A stretch of DNA of 64,000 nucleotides from Escherichia coli (GCF_003334385.1 NZ_QOWN01000007.1), one strand, 5' to 3'. Shown: positions 22,607 to 33,385, numbered from the stretch's first letter. Made by a program: numbers and translations. The notes: generated from the sequence alone by a model not told the origin.

Positions 22607-23881
22607 ATGTCCAGAAATAATAAACAGTGGTTGGGTTTGCCACTGCATCTGATATGGGGATATATCGCCATCGCAGTATTTATGACTGGTGATGGTTTCG
22701 AACTCGCATTCTTATCGCACTATATTAAATCGTTAGGCTTCACACCTGCGGAAGCCTCTTTTGCCTTTACGCTCTACGGCCTGGCGGCTGCCCTTTCCGC
22801 CTGGGTTTCTGGGGTAGTAGCGGAAATCATCACGCCGCAAAAAACCATGCTGATTGGTTTTGTCCTATGGTGCGTATTCCATGTTCTGTTTCTGGTCTTT
22901 GGATTAGGACAGGCAAACTATGGGTTAATCCTGCTGTTTTACGGGATTCGTGGTTTAGCGTATCCGCTATTTCTCTACTCATTTATCGTCGTTATTATTC
23001 ATAACGTGCGTAGCGAAAATTCCAGTTCTGCTCTGGGTTGGTACTGGGCGGTATATTCAGTAGGGATCGGTGTTGCTGGCAGTTATATTCCCAGTTTTAC
23101 GATACCGATTATGGGTGAAATGGGAACCTTATGGCTGGCACTGGCGTTCTGCTTTGCTGGCGGTGTCATTGCCATGATCTCCTTGCGTCATGTTAAAACG
23201 CCTGGACATATGCATAATTTAACTCCCCGTGAGAAGTTTGCAGAATTAAGTCGGGCAGTAACTTTACTTTATACCAACCGCAATATTTTTCTCTCCAGTA
23301 TTGTGCGCATTATAAATACCTTATCGTTATTCGGTTTTGCGGTCATTATGCCAATGATGTTTGTGGATGAACTGGGATTCACCACCTCTGAATGGTTGCA
23401 GGTCTGGGCGGCATTTTTCTTTACCACTATTTTCTCTAATATTTTTTGGGGGATTGTGGCAGAAAAAATGGGCTGGATGCGTGTTATTCGCTGGTTTGGT
23501 TGCCTCGGGATGGCAGCATCAAGTTTAGCGTTTTACTACATGCCGCAATACTTTGGTCACAACTACTGGATGGCAATGATTCCGGCGATTGCTCTGGGAA
23601 CTTTTGTTGCTGCATTTGTGCCGATGGCCGCTGTCTTCCCGGCACTGGAACCAAAACACAAAGGTGCTGCAATCTCGGTTTACAACCTCTCTGCGGGTAT
23701 GTCTAACTTCCTGGCTCCGGCAATTGCCGTGGTGTTATTACCGTGGTTTAGCACTATCGGTGTGGTCATTGCCTATACAGCATTGTATCTATTGGCCTTT
23801 GTCCTTTGCGCATTCATTCGCGTTGAGCAGCCAGGATTCAGTTCTGCGCCAGTGACTGAGAAGGCATTGAATATCTCCTGA
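22607..23881 (+). CDS. rbtT: Pentitol (ribitol) MFS transporter, RbtT-like (424 aa); paralog of the dalT-like gene
   Basis: ORF 22607..23881; long stretches of amino-acid identity with the 13601..14878 product. Confidence 0.7.
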   Translation: MSRNNKQWLGLPLHLIWGYIAIAVFMTGDGFELAFLSHYIKSLGFTPAEASFAFTLYGLAAALSAWVSGVVAEIITPQKTMLIGFVLWCVFHVLFLVFGLGQANYGLILLFYGIRGLAYPLFLYSFIVVIIHNVRSENSSSALGWYWAVYSVGIGVAGSYIPSFTIPIMGEMGTLWLALAFCFAGGVIAMISLRHVKTPGHMHNLTPREKFAELSRAVTLLYTNRNIFLSSIVRIINTLSLFGFAVIMPMMFVDELGFTTSEWLQVWAAFFFTTIFSNIFWGIVAEKMGWMRVIRWFGCLGMAASSLAFYYMPQYFGHNYWMAMIPAIALGTFVAAFVPMAAVFPALEPKHKGAAISVYNLSAGMSNFLAPAIAVVLLPWFSTIGVVIAYTALYLLAFVLCAFIRVEQPGFSSAPVTEKALNIS

Positions 23882-23903
23882 AAAACGAAACGCATCAGGC
23901 ACT

Positions 23904-23930
23904 CATCCTCTCCCTCATGGGAGAGGATGA
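23904..23930. terminator. Hairpin between the convergent rbtT-like gene and fbaB (candidate bidirectional terminator)
   Basis: tcatcctctccc / gggagaggatga stem around a 3-nt loop, between stop codons at 23881 and 23938. Confidence 0.5.
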
Positions 23931-23937
23931 TTTCACA

Positions 23938-24990
23938 TCAGGCAATAGTGACTTTGTTATCGAGATAAACGTCCTGCACGGCGTTAATCAGTTTCACGCC
24001 GTCAGCCATCGATTTCTTAAATGCTTTCCGCCCCAGAATCAGCCCCATTCCGCCTGCGCGTTTGTTGATAACCGCAGTACGCACTGCATCGCTGAGGTCA
24101 GTTTCACCGCCCGCAGCACCGCCGGAGTTTATCAACCCAGCCCGACCCATATAGCAGTTAGCTAACTGATAACGCACCAGATCAATCGGGTTTTCGCTGG
24201 TCAATTTGCTGTAAACACGATCGTCGGTGTAACCGTAATTAATTGCTTTATAGCCGCCGTTATTTTCCGCCATTTTTTGTTTGACGATATCTGCACCGAT
24301 GGTTGCCGCCAGATGGTTTGCCTGACCGGTCAGGTCGGCGGAAACATGGTAATCAACGCCATCTTTCTTAAAGGCGGAGTTACGCAAATAGGCCCACAGC
24401 ACTGTCACCATACCCAGCTCGTGCGCACGTTCAAAAGCCGCAGAAATTTCTTCAATCTGGCGACGTGACTCTTCCGAGCCAAAATAGATAGTCGCACCAA
24501 CCGCAACCGCGCCCATGTTGAACGCCTGCTCCACGCTGGCATACAGCGTTTGATCGTAGGTATTCGGGTAACTTAGCGTCTCGTTGTGATTAAGTTTGAC
24601 GAGGAATGGAATGCGATGCGCATAACGCCGCGATACCGACGCCAGCACGCCGTAAGTTGACGCCACACAGTTACAGCCCGCTTCGATCGCCAGTTCAACA
24701 ATGTTTTTCGGGTCAAAGTAGAGCGGGTTAGCAGCAAATGAAGCTCCGGCAGAGTGCTCAACGCCCTGGTCAACCGGCAGAATAGAAAGATATCCTGTGC
24801 CAGCCAGACGCCCGGTGTTGTACAACGTCTGCATATTACGTAACACCGCTGGCGGGCGATTATTGTCAATCATTACGCGGTCTACGTAGTCATGTCCGGG
24901 GAGATAAAGCTGGTCAGAAGGAATTGTCATACAACGGTGCTGTAAAAGGTTGTCGGCGTCTTTGCCAAGCAACTGCGCAATATCTGTCAT
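23938..24990 (-). CDS. fbaB: Class I fructose-bisphosphate aldolase FbaB (350 aa)
   Basis: ORF 23938..25062 (-); start chosen at ATG 24990 ([16 protein letters not shown]). Confidence 0.85.
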   Translation of the reverse strand: MTDIAQLLGKDADNLLQHRCMTIPSDQLYLPGHDYVDRVMIDNNRPPAVLRNMQTLYNTGRLAGTGYLSILPVDQGVEHSAGASFAANPLYFDPKNIVELAIEAGCNCVASTYGVLASVSRRYAHRIPFLVKLNHNETLSYPNTYDQTLYASVEQAFNMGAVAVGATIYFGSEESRRQIEEISAAFERAHELGMVTVLWAYLRNSAFKKDGVDYHVSADLTGQANHLAATIGADIVKQKMAENNGGYKAINYGYTDDRVYSKLTSENPIDLVRYQLANCYMGRAGLINSGGAAGGETDLSDAVRTAVINKRAGGMGLILGRKAFKKSMADGVKLINAVQDVYLDNKVTIA

Positions 24991-25246
24991 TACTATGCTC
25001 CCGTAAATTCCGATTGGATATCGGCTATGGATTGTCCTGGCCCGCCTTTTGCGGGCAATCATAATCCTGGTCGTTACGGGCGAGTTTTTCCATCTTTTGG
25101 ATGTTTTTTCAGCGTTTTCTGTTGGCTCGATTCATCAGAAAAAATGTTAGCGCGGTCAAGTTTTCACCGCAAAGGTATTTAAAAGGTATTATTAAGTGGT
25201 ATTGTCATCGCGTACCTTACATTACCTGTCATGAAGGAATTAAAAG

Positions 25247-26524
25247 ATGAAAACAACAGCAAAGCTGTCGTTCATGATGTTTGTTGAATGGTTTATCTGG
25301 GGCGCGTGGTTTGTGCCATTGTGGTTGTGGTTAAGTAAAAGCGGTTTTAGTGCCGGAGAAATTGGCTGGTCGTATGCCTGTACCGCCATTGCGGCGATCC
25401 TGTCGCCAATTCTGGTTGGCTCCATCACTGACCGCTTTTTCTCGGCGCAAAAAGTGCTGGCGGTATTGATGTTCGCAGGCGCGCTGCTGATGTATTTCGC
25501 TGCGCAACAGACCACTTTTGCCGGGTTCTTTCCGTTACTGCTGGCTTACTCTCTAACCTATATGCCGACCATTGCGCTGACTAACAGCATCGCTTTTGCC
25601 AACGTGCCGGATGTGGAGCGTGATTTCCCGCGCATTCGTGTGATGGGCACTATCGGCTGGATTGCCTCCGGTCTGGCATGTGGTTTCTTGCCGCAAATAC
25701 TGGGGTATGCCGATATCTCACCGACTAACATCCCGCTGCTGATTACCGCCGGAAGTTCTGCTCTGCTCGGTGTGTTTGCGTTTTTCCTGCCCGACACGCC
25801 ACCAAAAAGCACCGGCAAAATGGATATTAAAGTCATGCTCGGCCTGGATGCGCTGATCCTGCTGCGCGATAAAAACTTCCTCGTCTTTTTCTTCTGTTCA
25901 TTCCTGTTTGCGATGCCACTGGCGTTCTATTACATCTTTGCCAACGGTTATCTGACCGAAGTCGGCATGAAAAATGCCACCGGCTGGATGACGCTCGGCC
26001 AGTTCTCTGAAATATTCTTTATGCTGGCATTACCGTTTTTCACTAAACGCTTTGGTATCAAAAAGGTATTATTGCTTGGTCTGGTCACCGCTGCGATCCG
26101 CTATGGCTTCTTTATTTACGGTAGTGCGGATGAATATTTCACCTACGCGTTACTGTTCCTCGGTATTTTGCTTCACGGCGTAAGTTACGATTTTTACTAC
26201 GTTACCGCTTACATCTATGTCGATAAAAAAGCCCCCGTGCATATGCGTACCGCCGCGCAGGGGCTGATCACGCTCTGCTGCCAGGGCTTCGGCAGTTTGC
26301 TCGGCTATCGTCTTGGCGGTGTGATGATGGAAAAGATGTTCGCTTATCAGGAACCGGTAAACGGACTGACTTTCAACTGGTCCGGGATGTGGACTTTTGG
26401 CGCGGTGATGATTGCCATTATCGCCGTGCTGTTCATGATTTTTTTCCGCGAATCCGACAACGAAATTACGGCTATCAAGGTCGATGATCGCGATATTGCG
26501 TTGACACAAGGGGAAGTTAAATGA
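25247..26524 (+). CDS. yegT: MFS nucleoside-transporter-family protein YegT (425 aa)
   Basis: ORF 25247..26524, multi-TM; first gene of the yegTUV cluster. Confidence 0.85.
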   Translation: MKTTAKLSFMMFVEWFIWGAWFVPLWLWLSKSGFSAGEIGWSYACTAIAAILSPILVGSITDRFFSAQKVLAVLMFAGALLMYFAAQQTTFAGFFPLLLAYSLTYMPTIALTNSIAFANVPDVERDFPRIRVMGTIGWIASGLACGFLPQILGYADISPTNIPLLITAGSSALLGVFAFFLPDTPPKSTGKMDIKVMLGLDALILLRDKNFLVFFFCSFLFAMPLAFYYIFANGYLTEVGMKNATGWMTLGQFSEIFFMLALPFFTKRFGIKKVLLLGLVTAAIRYGFFIYGSADEYFTYALLFLGILLHGVSYDFYYVTAYIYVDKKAPVHMRTAAQGLITLCCQGFGSLLGYRLGGVMMEKMFAYQEPVNGLTFNWSGMWTFGAVMIAIIAVLFMIFFRESDNEITAIKVDDRDIALTQGEVK

Positions 26525-27525
26525 AAACAGAACGTATTCTCGGTGCTCTTTATGGGCAGGCGTTAGGGGATGCGATGGGGATGCCCTCCGAGCTTTGGCC
26601 ACGCAGCCGCGTTAAAGCACACTTTGGCTGGATTGACCGTTTTCTTCCTGGACCAAAGGAGAATAACGCGGCCTGTTATTTTAACCGCGCCGAATTCACC
26701 GACGATACCTCGATGGCGCTGTGTCTGGCGGATGCGTTACTGGAACGTGAAGGCAAGATCGATCCGAATCTGATTGGGCGTAATATTCTCGACTGGGCGC
26801 TGCGTTTCGACGCCTTTAACAAAAACGTACTTGGTCCGACCTCGAAGATTGCGCTTAACGCCATTCGCGACGGTAAACCCATTGCTGAACTGGAAAACAA
26901 CGGCGTGACCAACGGCGCAGCGATGCGCGTCTCGCCATTAGGTTGTTTGCTTCCGGCGCACGATGTTGATTCCTTTATTGATGATGTGGCGCTGGCGTCC
27001 AGCCCGACCCATAAATCCGATCTGGCGATTGCAGGCGCGGTAGTCATCGCATGGGCGATTTCTCGTGCCATTGACGGAGAAAGCTGGTCAGCGATTGTAG
27101 ATTCACTGCCTTCAATTGCGCGACATGCACAGCAAAAACGCATCACTACCTTCAGCGCCTCACTGGCAGCACGTCTGGAGATTGCGCTGAAAATTGTGCG
27201 CAATGCCGACGGCACCGAATCCGCCAGCGAACAGCTTTACCAGGTCGTTGGCGCAGGTACCAGCACTATTGAGTCCGTTCCGTGCGCCATTGCGCTGGTT
27301 GAACTGGCACAAACCGACCCGAATCGCTGCGCCGTCCTGTGCGCTAACCTTGGCGGCGACACAGACACCATCGGCGCTATGGCGACGGCGATTTGCGGCG
27401 CGTTGCATGGCGTTAACGCTATCGATCCTGCATTAAAGGCGGAACTGGATGCGGTAAATCAGCTTGATTTCAACCGCTATGCCACAGCGCTGGCGAAATA
27501 TCGTCAACAACGGGAGGCGGTATGA
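26521..27525 (+). CDS. yegU: ADP-ribosylglycohydrolase-family protein YegU (334 aa)
   Basis: ORF overlapping the yegT stop; recognised from the translation and synteny. Confidence 0.85.
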   Translation: MKTERILGALYGQALGDAMGMPSELWPRSRVKAHFGWIDRFLPGPKENNAACYFNRAEFTDDTSMALCLADALLEREGKIDPNLIGRNILDWALRFDAFNKNVLGPTSKIALNAIRDGKPIAELENNGVTNGAAMRVSPLGCLLPAHDVDSFIDDVALASSPTHKSDLAIAGAVVIAWAISRAIDGESWSAIVDSLPSIARHAQQKRITTFSASLAARLEIALKIVRNADGTESASEQLYQVVGAGTSTIESVPCAIALVELAQTDPNRCAVLCANLGGDTDTIGAMATAICGALHGVNAIDPALKAELDAVNQLDFNRYATALAKYRQQREAV

Positions 27526-28487
27526 GCGGCGCTCGATTACACACGCTGCTGCCTGAATTAACCTCGCGTCAGCCGGTGATGGTCGTCGGCGCGGCGGTCA
27601 TTGATGTGATCGCCGACGCTTATGCCCTCCCCTGGCGTGGGTGCGATATCGAACTGAAGCAGCAGAGCGTTAACGTTGGCGGCTGCGCACTGAATATTGC
27701 CGTGGCGTTAAAGCGCCTCGGCATCGAAGCGGGTAATGCCTTGCCGCTCGGTCAGGGCGTGTGGGCGGAGATTATTCGCAACCGGATGGCGAAAGAGGGG
27801 TTAATCAGCCTGATCGATAACGCCGAAGGCGATAACGGCTGGTGTCTGGCGCTGGTTGAGCCGGATGGCGAACGCACTTTTATGTCATTCAGCGGTGTGG
27901 AAAATCAGTGGAATCGCCAGTGGCTGGCGCGATTAACCGTTGCGCCTGGCAGCCTGCTCTATTTTTCCGGTTATCAACTGGCCTCGCCCTGCGGCGAATT
28001 GTTAGTGGAATGGCTGGAAAAGCTGCAAGACGTGACGCCGTTTATCGATTTTGGCCCACGTATCGGCGATATCCCGGACGCATTACTGGCGCGGATCATG
28101 GCCTGTCGACCTTTAGTATCACTCAATCGTCAAGAGGCTGAGATTGCCGCCGAACGTTTTGCTTTATCCGCAGAGATAACAACACTTGGCAAGCAATGGC
28201 AGGAGAAATCTGCCGCGCCGTTGATCGTTCGTCTCGATAAAGAGGGTGCATGGTATTTCAGCAACGACGCTTCTGGCTGCATTCCGGCATTTCCAACGCA
28301 AGTTGTAGACACCATTGGGGCGGGCGACAGTCATGCAGGTGGCGTACTTGCCGGGCTGGCCTCTGGTCTGCCACTGGCGGATGCCGTATTACTGGGCAAT
28401 GCAGTGGCGTCGTGGGTTGTCGGGCATCGGGGCGGTGATTGTGCGCCAACGCGCGAGGAACTACTCCTCGCACACAAAAACGTATAG
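27522..28487 (+). CDS. yegV: PfkB/ribokinase-family sugar kinase YegV (321 aa)
   Basis: ORF overlapping the yegU stop; C-terminal DTIGAGDSHAGG PfkB signature. Confidence 0.85.
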   Translation: MSGARLHTLLPELTSRQPVMVVGAAVIDVIADAYALPWRGCDIELKQQSVNVGGCALNIAVALKRLGIEAGNALPLGQGVWAEIIRNRMAKEGLISLIDNAEGDNGWCLALVEPDGERTFMSFSGVENQWNRQWLARLTVAPGSLLYFSGYQLASPCGELLVEWLEKLQDVTPFIDFGPRIGDIPDALLARIMACRPLVSLNRQEAEIAAERFALSAEITTLGKQWQEKSAAPLIVRLDKEGAWYFSNDASGCIPAFPTQVVDTIGAGDSHAGGVLAGLASGLPLADAVLLGNAVASWVVGHRGGDCAPTREELLLAHKNV

Positions 28488-29207
28488 ATCGCTGCGACAG
28501 TGGCTAATGCTGTACTCAATAGGCCGTTGCTGTTGGTCAAGCGCCACTTGCTTGATCACCAGCACCGGTATTTTGCTATCTAACTGAATATGTGACTGAA
28601 ACTCGGCATCCGGCATCCGGGCGCTAACGCGGGAACGTGTACGTTGTGGGTAAATGTGCTGGCTGCGGAAATAGTCATAAAGTGAAATCCCGATGGCATC
28701 AACATCATGAATTAAATGCGCCGGAACCCACGATTCCTCAATCGATACCGCTTCTTCATCGACATAGCGAATACGCTTAAGCAAAAAGACATCACTTCCT
28801 GCTTCGACCGCCAGCTGCTGCGCGACTTCTTCGGGACATTTCACGACACGCTTGTTAACCCATAGCGTATCGGGCTTTTTCCCGCGCAATACCACCTGCT
28901 GAGAAAAACCTCGCGCTTCTTTCAACGAGTATTCGAAGATGTTGTTGATCTGCGTGCCGTAACCGCGCGAACGCGTCACCACACCCTCTTCTTCCAGCGC
29001 CTGCATCGCCTTGCGCACCGTAATGCGCGAAACGCCGGTTAACTGACTTAAATCACGCTCACCGGGCAAAATATTGCCATGCTCCAGCACCCCGCTGCGC
29101 ACGGCATTTTTTACCGTTTCGGCAAACTTAATATAAAGCGGCGTGTTATCCGCAGCTAAAATACGCTCGTTCAGTTGGGCAATCAGCTGGGTATGCGCTT
29201 GTTCCAT
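28461..29207 (-). CDS. yegW: GntR-family transcriptional regulator YegW (248 aa)
   Basis: ORF 28461..29207 (-); N-terminal GntR HTH (LPGERDLSQLTGVSRITVRKA). Confidence 0.85.
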   Translation of the reverse strand: MEQAHTQLIAQLNERILAADNTPLYIKFAETVKNAVRSGVLEHGNILPGERDLSQLTGVSRITVRKAMQALEEEGVVTRSRGYGTQINNIFEYSLKEARGFSQQVVLRGKKPDTLWVNKRVVKCPEEVAQQLAVEAGSDVFLLKRIRYVDEEAVSIEESWVPAHLIHDVDAIGISLYDYFRSQHIYPQRTRSRVSARMPDAEFQSHIQLDSKIPVLVIKQVALDQQQRPIEYSISHCRSDLYVFVCEE

Positions 29208-29258
29208 TTGTCTTTTTCCTGCCAGGGAGTCTGGTGGGAGTATATCACTGCTTCTTAT

Positions 29259-30077
29259 TTAAGGCGTTTCTTTAATCCCATCAACGAATCCCTGCAACTC
29301 CTCCACCGTGCCATTAAACACATTAAAATCCACCGGACCATTGATGCCATCTACCTGTCCACGGTCGGAATGCTGCCAGAAGCGCCAGGCCATTCCGTCA
29401 TTGTCCGGACGACGTTGATAATAGTGAGCCACCCACCACGGATATTCATTAAAATAGCCCGCCAGATTCGTGTGATAAAAAACGGCTCCTGAGTAAATAA
29501 TCGGCTTTTTTCCCGTGCGTTTTTCTACCATTTTTAGCCACTGACTTACCCGCTTGCGTAATTCTTTTGCCGATAATTTTCCCCGTTCTTCTACGTCCAG
29601 CACGGCAGGGAAATCGCCTTGTGAGAAATCCACCGTTTGCAGAAATAATCGCGCCTGAACTGAAGCGGATACCGACGGGGAGAAATAATGATACGCCCCA
29701 CGCAGCATGCCATTTTCGCGGCTTAGTTGCCAGTTACGCGAAAAATAGGGGTCCACCAGCTTTTCGCCTTCCGTCGCCTTAATAAAAGCAAACTGTAAGC
29801 GGATACCGTTGTCGCGCATTTTTGCCACCCGCTGCCAGTCGATCCGCTCCTGCCAGCGCGAAACATCTATTCCGTGAATGGTATAACTGGCAGGAATGCG
29901 AATTGCGAAAGATTTAACCGGGCGATAACCGTAGAAGTGGATGTAGTCTTTAATCTGAACTGCTGTCGAATAGAAAAAATTCACCGTCTGACGCGGATAA
30001 ATTGCAATGATGGAAATTAGCCCAAGAACGCATAATAAAGCGGTGAATTTTTTTCGACTGGTGATTCTCAGCTGCAT
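29259..30077 (-). CDS. yegX: Glycoside hydrolase family 25 (lysozyme-like) protein YegX
   Basis: ORF 29259..30086 (-); start chosen at ATG 30077 (MQLRITS...), exact start uncertain. Confidence 0.8.
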   Translation of the reverse strand: MQLRITSRKKFTALLCVLGLISIIAIYPRQTVNFFYSTAVQIKDYIHFYGYRPVKSFAIRIPASYTIHGIDVSRWQERIDWQRVAKMRDNGIRLQFAFIKATEGEKLVDPYFSRNWQLSRENGMLRGAYHYFSPSVSASVQARLFLQTVDFSQGDFPAVLDVEERGKLSAKELRKRVSQWLKMVEKRTGKKPIIYSGAVFYHTNLAGYFNEYPWWVAHYYQRRPDNDGMAWRFWQHSDRGQVDGINGPVDFNVFNGTVEELQGFVDGIKETP

Positions 30078-30141
30078 TGGTTTCATCCCTGAATGTCAGT
30101 GCCAAAGACTGACAATAACCAAAGCAGCTATAGTACGGTGC

Positions 30142-30942
30142 TCACCACCAGGCGTGGAAGTGGTGAACCGGACCAATACCGTGACCAACTTCCAGCGTGT
30201 CGGCCTGGGCTAACGCCGATGAAAGCCAGCTTTTTGCCTCCTGTACGGTGTCAGCCCAGTTTGTATGGCGCGGGCGTAGTGCAGCCAACGCCGCAGAGAG
30301 TGTACAACCAGTGCCGTGGGTGTTTTTGGTCATAATGCGCGGTGCGGTAAACCGTTGTTCACCCTCGCGAGTAAACAGCCAGTCCGGGCTTTGCTCATCA
30401 TCCAGATGACCACCTTTCATTAGCACTGCGCCACAGCCCATCGCCAACAGCGATCGCCCTTGTTCCAGCATTTCCTGTTCGTTGCGCGCGTGTGGCGCGT
30501 CGAGCAAGGCGGCAGCTTCGGGCAAGTTTGGCGTTATTAATGAAACCTGTGGCAATAATCGACTGCGCAGCGTAGCAACCGCCGAAGGTGAAAGCAGCGG
30601 ATCGCCGCTTTTTGCCAGCATAACAGTGTCGAGTACCACGTTTTGGATCTGATAACGTTGCAACCGTTCTGCCACCGCTTCAACAATATCGGTTTCCGCC
30701 AACATACCGATTTTAGTGGTATCGATTCGCACATCGCTGAACACCGAATCGAGCTGGGCGGCGACAAAATCAGGCTCAATGCGATACACCGACTGTACGC
30801 CACGGGTATTTTGCGCCACCAGTGCAGTAATAACTGAGCAACCATAAGCGCCAAGTGCCGAGAAGGTTTTAAGATCGGCCTGAATCCCCGCACCACCACT
30901 CGGATCAGTACCGGCAATCGTCAGAGCGTTAATTCGTTTCAT
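30142..30942 (-). CDS. thiD: Hydroxymethylpyrimidine / phosphomethylpyrimidine kinase ThiD (266 aa)
   Basis: ORF 30142..30942 (-), start overlapping the thiM stop. Confidence 0.9.
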   Translation of the reverse strand: MKRINALTIAGTDPSGGAGIQADLKTFSALGAYGCSVITALVAQNTRGVQSVYRIEPDFVAAQLDSVFSDVRIDTTKIGMLAETDIVEAVAERLQRYQIQNVVLDTVMLAKSGDPLLSPSAVATLRSRLLPQVSLITPNLPEAAALLDAPHARNEQEMLEQGRSLLAMGCGAVLMKGGHLDDEQSPDWLFTREGEQRFTAPRIMTKNTHGTGCTLSAALAALRPRHTNWADTVQEAKSWLSSALAQADTLEVGHGIGPVHHFHAWW

Positions 30943-31727
30943 GCCTGCACCTCCTGCGTCAATTGCCAGAGCGCATCAAGGAAATGTGGAACAAAACTGC
31001 CTGGCCCCTCGCTTCTGGCGACAGCGCGTTCTCCGGCTTGTTTCATCCAGTGACAGGCAGATGCGACATTTTCCAGCATATCGCCTGGTAAGGCACAACA
31101 GGCAGCGACAACCGCCGATAATGCACAGCCAGTTCCTACCACTTTGGTCATTAACGGATCGCCACCGTGAATACCAATGATACGATGTCCATCGGTAACA
31201 TAATCCACCTCGCCAGTGACCACGACGATTGCGCCAGTTTCCCGTGCCAGTGTTTGTGCAGCGGGTATCGCGTTAGCTGCGGCGTCAGTGGTATCCACTC
31301 CCCGTCCGCCATTAGCAATGCCAGCTAATGCCATGATTTCCGAAGCATTACCACGTATCGCTGCCGGTTTAAAAGATAAAAGTTCATGACAAAAATGGCG
31401 GCGATAATCGAGCGCACCCACCGCTACTGGATCAAGCGTCCAGGGTGTTTGAGAGCTTTTTGCTTGCTCAACGGCAGCACGCATCGCCTGTGCGCGTGGC
31501 TGCGTCAGTGTGCCAACGTTAATCAACAAGGCACTGGCGATAGCCGCAAACTGACTGGCCTCTTCGGTTTCGATAACCATCGCTGGCGATGCACCGAGCG
31601 CCAGCAAGGTATTGGCGGTAAAGGTTTGCACCACATCATTGGTCATGCAGTGCACAAGAGGGGAATGTTGGTGAAAAAGGTGTAACGCGTGCGCAGATTG
31701 CGCTGAACCCAGCAGGTCGACTTGCAT
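30939..31727 (-). CDS. thiM: Hydroxyethylthiazole kinase ThiM (262 aa)
   Basis: ORF 30939..31727 (-), starting MQVDLLG; preceded by a thi-box leader. Confidence 0.9.
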   Translation of the reverse strand: MQVDLLGSAQSAHALHLFHQHSPLVHCMTNDVVQTFTANTLLALGASPAMVIETEEASQFAAIASALLINVGTLTQPRAQAMRAAVEQAKSSQTPWTLDPVAVGALDYRRHFCHELLSFKPAAIRGNASEIMALAGIANGGRGVDTTDAAANAIPAAQTLARETGAIVVVTGEVDYVTDGHRIIGIHGGDPLMTKVVGTGCALSAVVAACCALPGDMLENVASACHWMKQAGERAVARSEGPGSFVPHFLDALWQLTQEVQA

Positions 31728-31850
31728 AGTTTGCTCCTGCCATAACGTGAAGAAGCAATGACCTGGTGGTCCGTGACTTCCCTACGCTGGCATTATCCAG
31801 ATCAGGTGATACGGGTATTTCTCAGCCTTCACGCAGAAGGGCACCCCGAG
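31728..31850 (-). promoter_or_regulatory. TPP (thi-box) riboswitch in the thiM 5' leader
   Basis: Minus-strand leader reads ggggtgcccttctgcgtgaaggctgagaaatacccgtatcacctgatctggataatgccagcgtagggaa..., with the conserved CUGAGA thi-box element; matches the thiM riboswitch as I recall it. Confidence 0.8.
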
Positions 31851-31949
31851 TCGTTTGGTTGCGATGATAAATCGCAGAGGAGGATGGTAATGTCCAGCGC
31901 ACGCGTTGTAAACGAGGAAAAACGGCAGTTTTACAATCGCGTTAATAAA

Positions 31950-32222
31950 TTATTTGATATATGAATCCAGCACCTTCAGAACGACATCCAGATCTTCTTC
32001 ACGTTTTAGCTCATCCCCCTGGTGAACGATGTGTTCCGTCAGATGACCTTTAATCACTTCCCGCATCAGACCGTTTACCGCGCCACGGATAGCAGCAATC
32101 TGTTGTAAAACTGCAGCGCATTCGTGCGGCTCGTCGAGCATTTTCTTGAGCGCCACGACCTGGCCCTGAATCTTACTGGCACGCGCTTTCAGTTTCTGTT
32201 TATCACGGATTGTATGAGACAT
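31950..32222 (-). CDS. rcnR: Ni/Co-responsive repressor RcnR (CsoR/RcnR family, 90 aa)
   Basis: ORF 31950..32222 (-), divergent from rcnA. Confidence 0.85.
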
Positions 32223-32270
32223 GGCAACACCTGGTTAACAAGAATATGAAAAATCATAGCACTATTAATC

Positions 32271-32305
32271 TACTGGGGGGTAGTATCAGGTACTGGGGGG
32301 GAGTA
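32271..32305. promoter_or_regulatory. Two RcnR operator sites (TACT-G6/7-N-AGTA) in the rcnR-rcnA divergent promoter
   Basis: tactggggggtagta at 32271-32285 and tactgggggggagta at 32291-32305; matches the known G-tract inverted-repeat RcnR operator. Confidence 0.6.
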
Positions 32306-32342
32306 GAATCAGATTGCCGAATTAATACTAAGAATTATTATC

Positions 32343-33167
32343 ATGACCGAATTTACAACTCTTCTTCAGCAAGGAAACGCCTGGTTCTTCATCCCCAGCG
32401 CCATCTTACTTGGTGCGCTTCATGGCCTGGAACCAGGGCACTCAAAAACGATGATGGCGGCGTTTATCATCGCCATCAAAGGCACCATTAAACAGGCGGT
32501 GATGCTCGGACTGGCAGCAACCATTTCGCATACCGCGGTGGTCTGGTTGATTGCCTTTGGCGGGATGGTGATCAGTAAGCGCTTTACTGCTCAATCAGCA
32601 GAACCGTGGCTCCAGCTGATTTCCGCAGTGATCATTATTAGCACCGCGTTCTGGATGTTCTGGCGTACCTGGCGCGGCGAACGCAACTGGCTGGAGAATA
32701 TGCACGGGCATGATTATGAGCATCATCATCACGATCACGAAGATCACCACGACCATGGACATCATCACCATCACGAACATGGCGAGTATCAGGATGCCCA
32801 TGCACGAGCCCATGCCAATGATATTAAACGACGCTTTGATGGTAGAGAGGTCACCAACTGGCAAATTTTGTTATTTGGCTTAACAGGTGGTCTTATCCCC
32901 TGTCCGGCAGCAATTACCGTGCTGTTGATTTGCATTCAGTTGAAAGCCCTGACACTGGGCGCAACACTGGTCGTCAGTTTCAGCATTGGCCTGGCGTTAA
33001 CGCTGGTCACCGTAGGCGTTGGCGCAGCAATCAGCGTTCAGCAGGTCGCAAAACGCTGGAGCGGATTTAACACTCTCGCTAAACGCGCCCCCTATTTTTC
33101 CAGTCTGTTGATTGGCTTAGTTGGTGTGTATATGGGCGTACATGGCTTCATGGGCATAATGCGATAA
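32343..33167 (+). CDS. rcnA: Nickel/cobalt efflux permease RcnA (274 aa) with a His-rich loop
   Basis: ORF 32343..33167; membrane segments and HGHDYEHHHHDHEDHHDHGHHHHHEHG tract. Confidence 0.9.
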   Translation: MTEFTTLLQQGNAWFFIPSAILLGALHGLEPGHSKTMMAAFIIAIKGTIKQAVMLGLAATISHTAVVWLIAFGGMVISKRFTAQSAEPWLQLISAVIIISTAFWMFWRTWRGERNWLENMHGHDYEHHHHDHEDHHDHGHHHHHEHGEYQDAHARAHANDIKRRFDGREVTNWQILLFGLTGGLIPCPAAITVLLICIQLKALTLGATLVVSFSIGLALTLVTVGVGAAISVQQVAKRWSGFNTLAKRAPYFSSLLIGLVGVYMGVHGFMGIMR

Positions 33168-33385
33168 CTCAATCCTTTAGGCTTGCATGTTATCTTCAGC
33201 CCAGGATGATTCTTAAATCAGCTATTTCCGCTGACTCTCTGCTCGCTAAGGATGCTTTTAGGGCATCCTTTCATTTACACTTTTTACGAAATCATGGGAT
33301 CACTAACAAAATATCGCTTGTCAGTTATATTGTATGGCAGGAAAGATATGCGACTGATATTACAGATCCCCAAAGTGGAGAGTTT

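Noticed and set aside
13601-23881. Possibility that the dalT-like and rbtT-like paralogs form a recombinogenic inverted repeat
   Set aside because: Comparison of their 5' ends by eye shows many synonymous differences, so they are diverged paralogs rather than near-identical repeats; inversion by homologous recombination seems unlikely.
25040-25057. Short GC hairpin (cccgcc-tttt-gcggg) in the fbaB-yegT intergenic region
   Set aside because: Lies upstream of both divergent genes with no adjacent T-run; no terminator or operator role can be supported.
32710-32830. His/Asp/Glu-rich low-complexity tract, considered as a possible repeat element
   Set aside because: It is the in-frame metal-binding loop of rcnA, not an independent repeat.
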